A DNA stretch of 64,000 nt, from the NCBI RefSeq assembly GCF_000315625.1, contig NW_005434662.1:537794-601793 (forward strand). The letters run 5' to 3'. The notes beneath the pieces are model-generated. The model saw only the letters and a list, made by a program, of their open reading frames with translations. It made no database searches and was not told the DNA's origin. Within the stretch, counting starts at the first letter, position 1, and every line of letters starts with the position of its first letter. Made by a program: the position numbers and the translations under genes. Positions 40,031 through 51,415 of this stretch are shown here, piece after piece. The DNA is from Guillardia theta CCMP2712 (taxonomy: Eukaryota; Protista; Cryptophyta).

Positions 40031-40074
40031 CTCCTGATTGTCCTCGTACTGATTTTAACTTAACTTTGAGTAAA
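40031..40074 (+). repeat. Dispersed repeat copy (ctcctgattgtcctcgtactgattttaacttaactttgagtaaa)
   Basis: Near-identical to the reverse complement of 59840-59884. The core also occurs at 48959, 54443 and 54591. Confidence 0.8.
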
Positions 40075-40149
40075 GAGTTATAAACCTGAAATTTGCACCG
40101 TCTATTTCAAATCCTGAAACCCGTGACGCCACACCCCCATTGAATCAGT

Positions 40150-40506
40150 GACTATCGGATACCGCCGGGGCCGGGCGGCCGGCCGCTCGCGACGGTGACC
40201 GAAGCCGAAGTTGACTTGTGACTCGCCGTACCGTAGTACGGTACCGTACGGTACTTGTGACCGTACAGCTCAACTAGCCTAGTAGTCAGAGTCGCTTCGG
40301 AAGCGACTCTGACTAATAAGTTGCGGCAGTGCAACTTTCACAGTCCGGGACCGTTCAACTTGCCAACCGTTGAACTGTGACTTGCAAGTCACTGACTCGC
40401 AACGCCGTTGGCAACTTGGCAAGTTGCCGCGCGGCTGGGACTCCGAAGTTCGAAACTTGAAACGCTACCGTCACCGGGTGACTCAGGCTCGCCGATCATG
40501 CATGAC
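40150..40506. other. GC-rich island with dense perfect palindromes
   Basis: Palindromes at 40228-40244, 40241-40254, 40283-40315, 40377-40392 and 40410-40428. Confidence 0.75.
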
Positions 40507-43126
40507 CATTCCATGGCATTTACTAATGCCCAATTATAAATTAATATCCTTTTAACAAACACTTGTACCTGTTAATTTGATCATAAGCATACAGTTTTTA
40601 GTCAATTTTGTACCAGAATGATTTGTACCACTCAGTACTCTTTTATATTCGTTTTAAGCATTTGAGTTCCGGCTTACACGCCTCTTAGCTGCTCTCTACC
40701 CTGTGTACCGGTATGTTTATCTGATATGGAGGGGGTAGGGTTATTCGTATATTTCGATACACGCTCATGAAATCTTATATTAGTGTCAGCCATTGACGAG
40801 TGTAGTAAATCCAGCCAATAAGTATTTTTGTTTTCAAATCAAGGAGTCGTATGCCAGCTAGCAACGGCAATCTTTTTTTTCTACACCGGTTGTTTTATAT
40901 AGATACCTACCCTATGTCTATAGGGTGCCACCGAAACACAGGTCCCTTTGCCCCCGATCAAAGAGCAAATAATTTTCATTAAAAATCCTGAGATCTCCAT
41001 TGCAAGTATCCCTCCCCTCCTCCTTCCATGCTCTTCTCCCTCCCTCCCTCCCCCCCTGCTCCCCTCACTTCCTCCCTGCTCCCTCCCTCCCCCCTGCTCC
41101 CCTCCCTCCCCGTTGCTTCCCTTTCCCTTGCGCTCCAGTTATAGACACCAAACAAATGAATCTTCACCGTCGTGTATCAGCAACAAATGGAATTCAGAGA
41201 AGGCGAAGGCAGGAAGATTTCGATACATTCTTGGAGCAGGAAGAGACTTGTGATGAGTCAAAGACACCTGAAGATTTGAAGCTTCGAATGATCCTGCATA
41301 CGTCAGTTGATGATCGAGACTTGCCCAGGATGTACTGGAAAAAGCCAGGCAGTAATTTGAATATCATACTTGAGCCTGGCACAGGGGTTCAATATCAGTG
41401 TGAAGATCACAGGGGCGTTGAAGTGAATCGACTGGGCATGATCAAATCGCTGCACTCAGATGCACAGGTTGTCGAAGTGTACATCATGTACAATGGAGTC
41501 CTCTTGGAACATGTAGACGAAACCATTATAACTAATCGAGTGCCCTGTGTGGCCCTGAAAAGAATTTTGAACAAAGTTGGAAACCGTGATTGTTATCAAT
41601 CAATTTACAAGGATACGGATGAAATAAATGCTATACCAAAAATGTGTTTCTTCAGCTTTCCTTGCATGTTGGAGCATGCCAACGATGATCTCCACGATAA
41701 TTTCAGAGTGCATGGGTATATATTTTTTCATGAAGACGACATCGAAAATAATAAATACTGTGAAATCTCTCACTTCTCGATTGCAAACCCGGCACCACTC
41801 GTTGAAACGATGGCGCAAACAACTTTCTGTTCAGCGGCGGAGTACAATCGGATTTGTCGAGATATGACCGAGGTCAAAAAGATGTTCAATCAGTGGTTGA
41901 AGTCAAGGAGTGAGACCTTTGAGAAGAATTTTTGTTTGTTGTTTTCCATTGATTTTCGTTGCTTTCGATTGCTTTACAATTTTTGTTTGTTGTTTTCCAT
42001 CGCTTTACGTGTGACATGCTCGTCACAAGCCATGTTTATGAACTCCGAAAACCTCAGCATCTTTTCGCTGCCTGTTTCACAACCTCGGAATCATCGCCGT
42101 CTTTGTCCAAACCTACATCCGCAAGATGTTCCTATTCGCTTGGGCACCCGCTTGTCTCCATGCTTCTCTTCCCCACAACTGATAAAAACATTACATTCGC
42201 AGGAATGATATTCAATGGAGACTCTACCTTATGTCTTAGCTCGCTGGTTCTGATACTGAGAAGTCCTGAGGGAAGTTCATTCACATCCGGCATTCATGGC
42301 GTTGAATAGTTCATCGATCTTACACTTGCGATCTATTTGCAATCAAGTTGCCTACACGACTGACATGCCTTATGCTTATGTGCTTGGTTGACACAGAGAG
42401 GAGGAAGTATGGGTCTTGTAGAATGCCAACCAAAACAACAATCAATTGCCTAATCAGAGAGATCCTTTACGAGAACAATCTTGACACCAAACAACTCTAC
42501 AGTCAGAGATGTGCTCGAAGCTCAATCATACGAAAGAGGGTTGTGGATGCTTGATCACCAAAAACGAGCAATTCTCCATCTTGCAATGAGCATCAAAAGG
42601 ATTCGAAAACAGCCCTAGGCTCTGGAATCCATGGCGATGCTGATTCCTACAGCTTCCTTTGAAAAACAAGCTCGAGCTGTTTGAAACGTCGTCTTGCAGT
42701 ATGTCGCAAAAAGTACAAACATTCACACATGATCCAACCTTGGATGGCCTGGAGCTTGAATACGATGAAAGAGCCATTGGCTGAGAGCCATCTGGGATTC
42801 AAACAAACGCCGCCTGCGCCGGCGGGTGCGGATGCAGCAATGGGGGAAGGGTAGGGCAGGCGATTTGGTTGTATATGCACCCCCCAGGCGTGTAAAAGCG
42901 TGTAAGGTCAAAAATAGTTTTAATGTTTGAAACCTTGTTGTTTGGAGGAAGCAAGAATACTTGTAAACCTAAAACTGCTCGACACGGTCCCCGATTCAAA
43001 CATACTTTCAACCATTATCGAAGTTTCTGGTACAAATTTTCAGCGCGCCGACCATTCAAAAATCCTGGGCTGAGGTACCCCGCTCGAAAATGATCAAAAG
43101 CGAGCATTAGAAAATGCCATGGAATG
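40507..43126. mobile_element. Putative DNA transposon with 23-bp terminal inverted repeats (2620 bp)
   Basis: Left TIR cattccatggcatttactaatgc (40507-40529) matches the reverse complement of 43104-43126 at 22/23. Subterminal TGTACC repeats are present, including inverted tttgtaccagaa at about 40607 and 43025. No clear TSD. Confidence 0.7.
41156..42309 (+). pseudogene. Element-internal ORF of unknown function, probably disrupted near 41930-42010
   Basis: Open frame from ATG 41156. A 23-bp direct repeat (41927-41949, 41978-42000) precedes an apparent frame change into ORF 41959-42309. No DDE motif recognised. Confidence 0.45.
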
Positions 43127-43545
43127 CGCCCGGCGCGGCCAGTCCCGGGCCGCCCGGGCGGCCGGCGCGGGGCGGCGGGGGAGGACGCGTACAACTTGGC
43201 AACTTCCGGGCCGCGGCCGTGCTACGGTCACGGCTGAGAGCCCGGGAGTGCAGTCTACCGGCGTGATCATGATGCCCGGCGGCGGGGCCACGGGCCCGCC
43301 GTCCGACCGTGTGGAGTGCAGCCTGGCGGCCGCCGGCGGCGGGCCTCCTGGTCCTGCGCCGCGGGCCTGCGGGCGAACGGGCCGGTCCCCCCGGGCCGGC
43401 CAGGGCGGCCACGGCCGGTACCGGCGCCGCCGACGCGCCGCGGCGGCGAGTCACCGTCGCCGCGCGGGCCCGGCCGCCCGGCCGGGCCCGGACTGCAGTG
43501 CGCCAGCCTGGACTGCCGCCGGGAGTGTCACCACTGAGCGGGGAT
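43127..43545. other. Extremely GC-rich island (right half of the island interrupted by the TIR element)
   Basis: Almost all G/C, with gccggtaccggc (43414-43425) and many CCGG words. The overlapping ORFs are compositional artefacts. Confidence 0.65.
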
Positions 43546-44078
43546 GAGGGCAGGGGATAGCACAATGATGAGGAGGTGACGGGGCAATATGCTGAAGTGG
43601 CGGACGAGGGCACAAGCTGAAGAGCTGGAGGGGGAGGGAGAGAAGAATATGAAAGAGAGGAAGCGGAGGGAATGGTGGAGATGGAGGAATGAGAGCGAGA
43701 ATGGGGAAGGATGCAGAGGAGAGGAGCAGGAAAGAGAGGAAGAGATCGGTGAACGCTGAGGAAACGACAGGTGTAGTGTTTCACTAGGAAGGATGCATCT
43801 TCTGGTGCGTAGTTAGCAGGAAAGTACAGGTCAGAAGGAAGGTATACATCAGTGTTGCAAAAATACGGAGTGAGACAACAAAGTTCTCATGGAGTGAGGA
43901 AATTCATCTATGCTGCCACTCTCTCCAATTTCTCCAACTGCCTTACATCTTGACAGTATCGATCCTGAGCGGATGGACTTTCTACACTGAGATCGTCGGC
44001 AAAGGTAGGTGGATACGTGAAGATGGTTCACATGACAATACATGACGTCTATTCTCAGCGTAGCCTGTCGAACGAGCC

Positions 44079-45868
44079 ATGACAAGGATCAACCTGAGTT
44101 TGCTAGCAGTGGCCGTTGCCGCCTGCTTCTGCATCCTGCTGTGGACAAGATCAGCTCCCGAGCAGTCGCAAGTTCTGTTTGATGAGGCTGACAGCGAGAG
44201 GAAGGTCAGGAATCGAGTGCAAGGTTCTGAGTTCAACCATGACCAGAACTCTCACTACACTGTGTGGCACCGAGGTTCGTGTCCCTGAAGTTGCGCGTCC
44301 TGATCAGTAAGCTGATTGCCAGCTCATTCTCCCTCCTTCAGCGTCATGCACGTCGTTGAGCCCAAGTCGGGGGAGCGCGACCGGCAGGTTGTGATGGAGG
44401 CTCTTGGTATGCCGGAAGCGACTGAAGATGGGGATGCAGTCAGGTGGGATGGGCTCGTTGATGCGGCATGCAGAGAACATGCTGCAGAAGGACAACATGC
44501 AACTGGCGCAGGAGAACAAGCAGTTTGCAGAGAGCAAGCCCAAGGGACTCTACAACAAGATCCGACACTCGGACGAAAGGCCCGAGAAGTACGAGGAGGA
44601 AGCCGTGGACCATCAGATCGACTCGCAGTACAAGAGCAAAGAAGCGCAGAGAGAGTCGCTCAAGTCCGAGCTGGAGAGGAGGAGGGGGGATGTTGCGTCT
44701 GCTATCGCTGACGAGTACAAGGTACGGTCAGTGCCGGGCCTCCAACGAGGTTGATAGAGCTGCGCAGGCAAAGATCGATGAGCACAAAAGAGAGCTGAAT
44801 GCTGAGCGGAGCCGAGCACAGAGAGAGAAGGATGAGGAGGCAGCGCGGAAGATCAGCGACGAAGCCGCCATGGACAAGGACAAGGCCTTGCGGGATGCTC
44901 GCCTGGCAGGAGAGCTCGACGACAGAGCAGATGAGGGAAGCCTTGAGAAGAGGAGAGCAGAAAGAGAGGAACGGCAGTCGTTGCTGCAGCTGAAGCAGCT
45001 CCATGACGAGGTGCAACCCGCAGTCAGGCGAAGCCCACTCCCCCTTGTTCGCTGATGTTGGTGACGTAGGTGAAGCGTGCCGAGGAAGAGGCGAAGAGGG
45101 CGAGGAGAGATGCCCATATGCTTCGTCAAGCAGCAGCTGATGATGTCAAAGTTGCGAAGAAGTCGCTGCTGACAGCCAAACAGCTCATTACCAACGCGCA
45201 AAGCGACAGGTCCGATTGGCTTGCCAAACCCTTCAAGTCTAATCGATGATGTCAGAGAATCTGCAAGGAACAAGCAGATGGAGCTGTCACAAGCTCGACT
45301 CGCCTTGAAGTCAGCTACTCAGGTCTGGATTGGCACACAACGTGCAAGACAGCTGACAGAACTCCCCAGGTTGAGAAAGAGTTGACGATCAAGGCTGCTC
45401 AGTACACGGGGAAGGCGAAGTTGGACTTGTTGCAGTCGCATCTTGTTCGTGTTGTTGTTCACTTCTGTTTGGTGGTGACCCAGGCGTTGCAGTTGAAGAA
45501 AGCGTCACACGAGCATTCGGATCAGGCAGACAAGCTCCACCACGAGGCGAATTCTCGTCGAGAAGCTGTACCACTACAAGTTTATTTCGTCGCAATGACG
45601 TGGCGCACAGATCGAGAGGCTCAAGGAGAAGAAGGAGCATGCGATGGCACGAGAGAGCAGGGCAGAAGTAGATGTCAGAAGGTACAACTAACACAATCTT
45701 GCTCCTCGCCCCCTCTGATTTGTTTTTGAAGGTTACAAGATCAGCTTCATCTTCAAGAGCGGGAAGACAATCGGAGGCTTTCAAGAGCGCAGGTGGGGAG
45801 TGTTCTTTAAGTGGAGATACAGAATTTCGATTGAAACCTTTTGCAGGCATCAGAGCACAAAGCTGAGA
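44079..45868 (+). CDS. Coiled-coil protein with N-terminal signal/TM anchor, multi-exon
   Basis: MTRINLSLLAVAVAACFCILLW followed by E/K/R/A-rich helical exons with GT-AG introns. Confidence 0.6.
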
Positions 45869-46041
45869 TTGCATACAAGAAAGCTGAACTCAAGTACCGC
45901 AACGATGATAGCGAATGAAGGATTGGACATTCGTGGAGCTGAAAGAATTGCAATGACTCCTTCTTTCTCCACTCGAGGGAAAATTCGATACAAGACAGCT
46001 GTAGGAGAGAAATAAATTACATGCTGAACGGCCTTGGCTCT

Positions 46042-47619
46042 TCAACTTGATTTCTCCTGCAGACATCATTCACTCGTAATGCAAGCACATGTAGGAGCAC
46101 CAGACCTTCGGCTTGTCCTCAACCGGCAGCATCGTATCGAAAACATAATCCCACAACTTGCTGGTGATACCATAACCTACAACTTTGTGAGGAATCATCA
46201 TCAGAGGACTTGAGACACCTACCAAGGAGCGGGTTCTTGTAGTGATGAGCGAGATGGTATGATTTCATGCTGCTGAAGTGTGATAGGAAGGGAGTACCAC
46301 TGGAAATCATGCTGTCAAACAGAACAAGGCAAGTCGCAGCGCCGCACCTGTGATGGAGATAGTAGTGTGTTAAGTCATATCCAACATATCCCAGCAAGCC
46401 CCCAGCTGTGAAGGATACGGCCTCAGGGGTGTCCAGGAATACCCTGGAGGAGGGTCACAAAATCGCAAGATCAGAGTGGAGCGGCGAACCTGAACAGGTT
46501 GTAGAAGCCAAGGAGCAGAATGAACGTTAAGATCGGAGGGAAGACAAGTCGCATGGGGTCCATCGGGAGCAAGTGATGGACACCTGCAAATCGGCCAAGT
46601 TAAGATTAGTAGGCCCGGTGGATTCTTCGGTGGGTACCATGAATCAAGAAGTGTAGGGTGATTGCCCAGTAATTGAATTGGACCCACTTTGTACAAGTCA
46701 GTTGATTCTGTGCTTGCCTTCCGCATATCTACCTCATCTAGATGGAACAGAAATCGGTGGAGGACATATTCTATTAGCGTCCATGTGAAAAGTCCTCCAA
46801 GGAAAATCTAGACAGAAAATCAGAATCGACATAAAATTCCTGGCAAGAATGCAGTCACCAGTCCAGCGCCAAGAGGTGTAAGTCCCATCTTCAAGGAAAG
46901 CAAGACCATTCCTGTGATGACAGGTAGCCAGACCAGAGGAACCACATACCATCTGACAGCGATCGCGTGAGCGGCTGCCGCCGATCAACAACAAATGACT
47001 CACGGTGTTCGCGAAAAAATTTCCAGGAAGTCAGATTCAAAGAATCGAGCTGGTTCATCCAGAACTTGGGGACGGTGAATGAAATCATTGTAATTGTTGC
47101 CAAGATGGCCGATCTACAACAAGATACCCACTCAAGACAGGGCGATTAGAGGTGTATCGTTATACCTGCATGATAATCGGTTTACTAAAGTCCAAGGCTT
47201 TCATCCCTTGGTGTTGGGGAGCTGCTTTCCTCTTGGCTCCTGACAGTATTCCAATTCTGTAACGTTGCATCATTGAATGCGCTGCCTTGCTGTGGACATG
47301 GACGTCGTCGTTCGAAAACACTTCAGTGATATCTGTGCCCAGGTGGCTGCAGCAACCGTCAGGGGGATCGCATAGTCTCAAATCCTCATCTATACGGAAG
47401 CACGATGGTGGATCCACCAGGATGTTCTTTGAGGAACTTGCTCACGTCAAAAACCTGAGGACGACTCAGCATCCTCTCTCTTACGGCCATCGCTTGAAAG
47501 TCAACCTCGCCATCCTTCACAACCCATGCATCATTCTCTTTGTCGTGCTTCTTGATCTCGCTCCATTCAAACACCTTCAGCGGCTCCCCGTTGGGTTCGT
47601 CCACACCAAGTGGTGGCAT
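46042..47619 (-). CDS. FA2H: Fatty acid 2-hydroxylase (cytochrome b5 + FA hydroxylase), SCS7-like
   Basis: Cyt b5 motif KFLKEHPGG. Hydroxylase motifs DFSKPIIMQV, EYVLHRFLFHLDE, LHFLIHG, GYVGYDLTHYYLHH, MKSYHLAHHYKNP and GITSKLWDYVF. Confidence 0.9.
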
Positions 47620-48889
47620 GTTGGTTTTGTCTGAGAGTGTCTAGAATGGCAAAATGTGAGTTCACCAACACAACATGCTGAATTTGTGCGTAAACGCTAG
47701 AATCAATCATTGGGTGACGACAAACATTCGATTCACCTCTAGATTCCCTCCCCAATTCTTTTCTACTGAAATGGGCTTTGCACCCATTGTCTTGCTTTCT
47801 TTCACTATAAATCATCCTTAGGTCGTCTTCACTCTCCCGATCCCCTCTAATGGACGAGTTGTCAGACACACTGACTATGCTTATGCCTCGTCTCAGCCAT
47901 GAGATTCCTGCTCTGAGAATCGTTTCCGTCAAGAAGGCATTTTGTTGAGACCCTCCTCGCCATACGTACATGGGGGACGCCTCTACAAAGGACAGCAAGA
48001 GGATTTTTCCATCGCCTGCTCGTGTCTTCTGCTTGTACTATCAATCTGGAGCGTGCAATAACAACCAGCCTGCATGAGCTGCTTTCCCTCTGTCCTCTCC
48101 TCTCTCTCCCGCCCTCCTCGTCCACCGTCTCATCCTCCCTCTGCACCAAAAATCGCAAACCACATGCCAAAGGCTCACCCCTACCCCCATCAATACTCCT
48201 CAACCCTACCCCACCCCACTTCATACACTGACCATATCAATTGTACCCCCATGAAGGCTACAGCAGCAAGATCCATACGGGGAGATAGTATGTTGTACAT
48301 TTTTAATTAGTGCCTTATCTATAAAATATCTCAGCTATACCGATAGATCTCCAACCCAAACACGAATCTGAATGGGTGGACAGCACTGCTACGTTACCCT
48401 CATGTAATCGCTGTACCCCCACCTCATAACCTGACAAGCCACGTTTACAAGGGTGACCGGTGGTTATTAGGCATTTCCTTGAATCTTTTCCAAATACCTT
48501 CATAATATTTCTGAAACAGAGACAACAATTTGAAAAACCCGTGAAAAAATTCAAATTTGAATTGGATGGGGAATATTACCTGGCGGAAGTCTCTGAGCTG
48601 CACCTGGGGTACTTAATAAGATAGGGGGGAGGGGGTACTCGGGACAGGATTAGCTTTCGAATAGGTACCCGTTAGGTTACGCAATAAGTCCATGACCGGT
48701 AGTGTCGTTTTCCAACCACCACGTTATTGACCCCTACCCCTATGGCTTCAAGATCCACCCCCCAACACCTAGTGGGCCAGGTCTGACAAATAAAGCCTGC
48801 GACCACCCCTGTATCCGCGGAACTTAACCATGACTACTCTGGCTCATACGCTACTTGTTTTTTTTTAAGTTTTACTTATCTACGCCTGG

Positions 48890-49230
48890 CGGCCCGGCCC
48901 GGGTCGCCGGGTGCGGCACCGGCGTCAGTCGGAGGCTCAGTTGAGTCACAACGTAGTTACTGATTTTTAACTTAACTTTGAGTACATACTATGACTCAGT
49001 TTCTGTCTCACGGTCATGCCATGATCATCCGGCATTAACTCAAACTTTGGGCATCCGTCTTGTTCCAAGAATGCCTTGCCGCATGCACTAGACGTGGTTA
49101 GTAATAAGTGACTTGCCGCGCCGCCGGCCCAGCTGGTGACACATGCCGGGCGGGCCCGGGCGGGCCGCGTCGGATCACGTAGCCGCCTCAGTGTGCGCGG
49201 CCCGCCGGGCGCCGCCTCCGACAGTGAGAC
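48890..49230. other. GC-rich island with embedded AACTTAACTTTGAGTA repeat (48959-48984)
   Basis: CCGG-rich blocks at 48890-48940 and 49110-49220, GAGTCA/TGACTC words. Directly upstream of the dCTP deaminase ATG. Confidence 0.6.
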
Positions 49231-49330
49231 TCGTTGGAATTCGCCGCTTCCCGCCAAAATACCCGTGCTGGGGAGGCATCGAGGGAGGAGAGACAAGTAG
49301 GAGGCAACGACAGAGCGAGAGCGGGTGAGA

Positions 49331-51256
49331 ATGAAGCATGTAGCTCGGCAGGAGGCCAAGAACATGTCGCCGACGAAGCTGCCCCGTCCTAAGAAGCTAT
49401 TCCATGATGCCGAGGAGGCGGATATGGAGGTGTATCAACCTGCGAGGGAAGGAGCGTGTCTGACCTTGGCTGGTACCGTCAGTTTGCTCTAGTGGACCAC
49501 CAGCTGCACTCGCTCATCGACGAGGGTGCTCTGTGTCTGGCGGACGAGAACGTGAAGCTGCATCACTATGTGCAGCCTGCGAGCATCGACCTGCCGGTTT
49601 CTGGCACCGCGTGAGCTACCCCATCCGCTCCAACATGCATGTCGATTGAAGTGTGCTCAGGTATCTGGTCAAGGAGAAGATCCTTCCTTTCAAGAAGCGG
49701 GTAGAATGCAGCATGTTGCGCTCCACCTGTGACACTTGCCGGATGCAGGTCAAAGACCTGATAGGGGAGCTAACGCTGGAAGAGAAGAGCCTTACTGGGA
49801 AGGGGGCGGTTCTCCTCAAGGGCCAGGTGCATCCCCAGCTCTTCTTGTCGTTTACCGTGTTCTCATTACATGGCAGTCGTACCTGATCTACTGTGGGGTC
49901 ATCTGCCTTCAAAAAGGGCAGCGAGGCTGCCTGAGCCCGAAGAGCTCGATTGGGCGCGTTGATATCATGGTGATAGAGGAAAGGGGCTCGTGGACTCTTG
50001 CTTACTGTGTGTGGTTAGGTGCGAGGGATAGTGGACGGGTGCGGTCTTTACGATGTCGTTCCTGGGGATGGGATCAGCCGCGAGCTATGGCTTGAGATCA
50101 GCCCGAGGTCCTTCAACATCCGGGTGCATGCTGGGATAGCGATGACTCAGTTGATGATCTTCGCTGCTTGCAACGAGGTCGATCGGTGGTGGAGAAGGAC
50201 TCCTTGTCTTCTGATCTGATGACAGGATGACGCATTTCAGACACCGATCAAGAGCGTTTACGATGATTTCGATCACTCTCCGGCAAAGAGCGTGACGCTG
50301 CATTCCGAGGAGGGCGGCGAGATGTGCAAGGAGATGTGTAACTTGAGGGAGGACTTTCAAAGCTTCGCCAGCATCGAAGATGGTGCAGACGAACCAATGA
50401 ATTCACAAGAGCAGGAAGAATGTCTTTGCTTCGATACCGATGGAAAAGTTTTGCCTCTCCACCTACACAAAGGAGCTGTTGTTCTAAGTGTACGCGTTCC
50501 ATCTCAACCAGAGAGTCTAGCGGGTGACTAACGGCTGATATCATCTGTGTCTTGACACGGTTGTCCTACAGGATTTGAGGCTTTGCCCACTGAAGACATT
50601 CTGGACCTTTCTTTGACGGATTTCCATCATCCTCGCAAGTTCTTCCGCGAGATTTTCCCTTCCGATCAAGGGAGGCTGACCTTGGAGAAGGATCGTTTTT
50701 ACATCTTAGCGACGAAGGAGGTGCTTCCTCCTGCCAAGTTTTATTTTTGCTGAACATGATGGTGTAGAGAGTCTGCGTTCCCACGTATCTCAGTGCCGAA
50801 ATGGTTCCTTTCTCACATCACGTCGGTGAACTCCGAGCACACTACGCCGGGTTCTTCGATCCCGGCTTTGGGTACGGAAGGGAAGGAGAAGTGAAGGGAA
50901 CAGTGGGCGTGCTTGAGGTCAGTCAATTTGTAAAGCTTGTCTTTCTGTCAGATCAGAGTTGGAACCAAAGAGGCGCATCTGTCTGACCACGTCCCTGATA
51001 TGTTCTAAGACGAATGCGACAGGTTCGTCCTCATGAGACAATCAACATCTATGATGGCCAACCGATCTGCCTTATGGAATTCTTCAGAAACTCCAGCGTT
51101 CCGCACCGTCCCTACGGTTCGTCAACAACTCTCTCGCCAATCTTCTCACATGCTTGTCCTTCAGGTTTGCAAGGGAGCAATTATCACATGCAGAAAGGGC
51201 CGAAGCTTGCCAAATACTTCACGGAATATCCGCGTGCAGCGCCTCAACAAGTTTGA
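49331..51256 (+). CDS. dcd: 2'-deoxycytidine 5'-triphosphate deaminase (bacterial DCD family), multi-exon
   Basis: VQPASIDLP, PKSSIGRVDI, LWLEISPRSFNIRV, ELRAHYAGFFDPGFGYG, LEVRPHE, GSNYHMQKGPKLAKYF. Confidence 0.85.
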
Positions 51257-51415
51257 CTCGAATCATATTCTTTTCTCACATTACAAGAAGATCAAAAGCT
51301 ACACGTTTGATTGAACAGCTGTGTGCTGGCGTGAACATGCCAACAACTCAGACTCATAAAATAAACGAAAAATATCTTGTCCATCTCTACAAGAATCGCA
51401 AAAATGAATGTCAAG

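Noticed and set aside
43094-43784. Several overlapping Arg/Pro/Gly/Ala-rich ORFs
   Set aside because: Artefacts of extreme GC content and purine tracts lacking stop codons.
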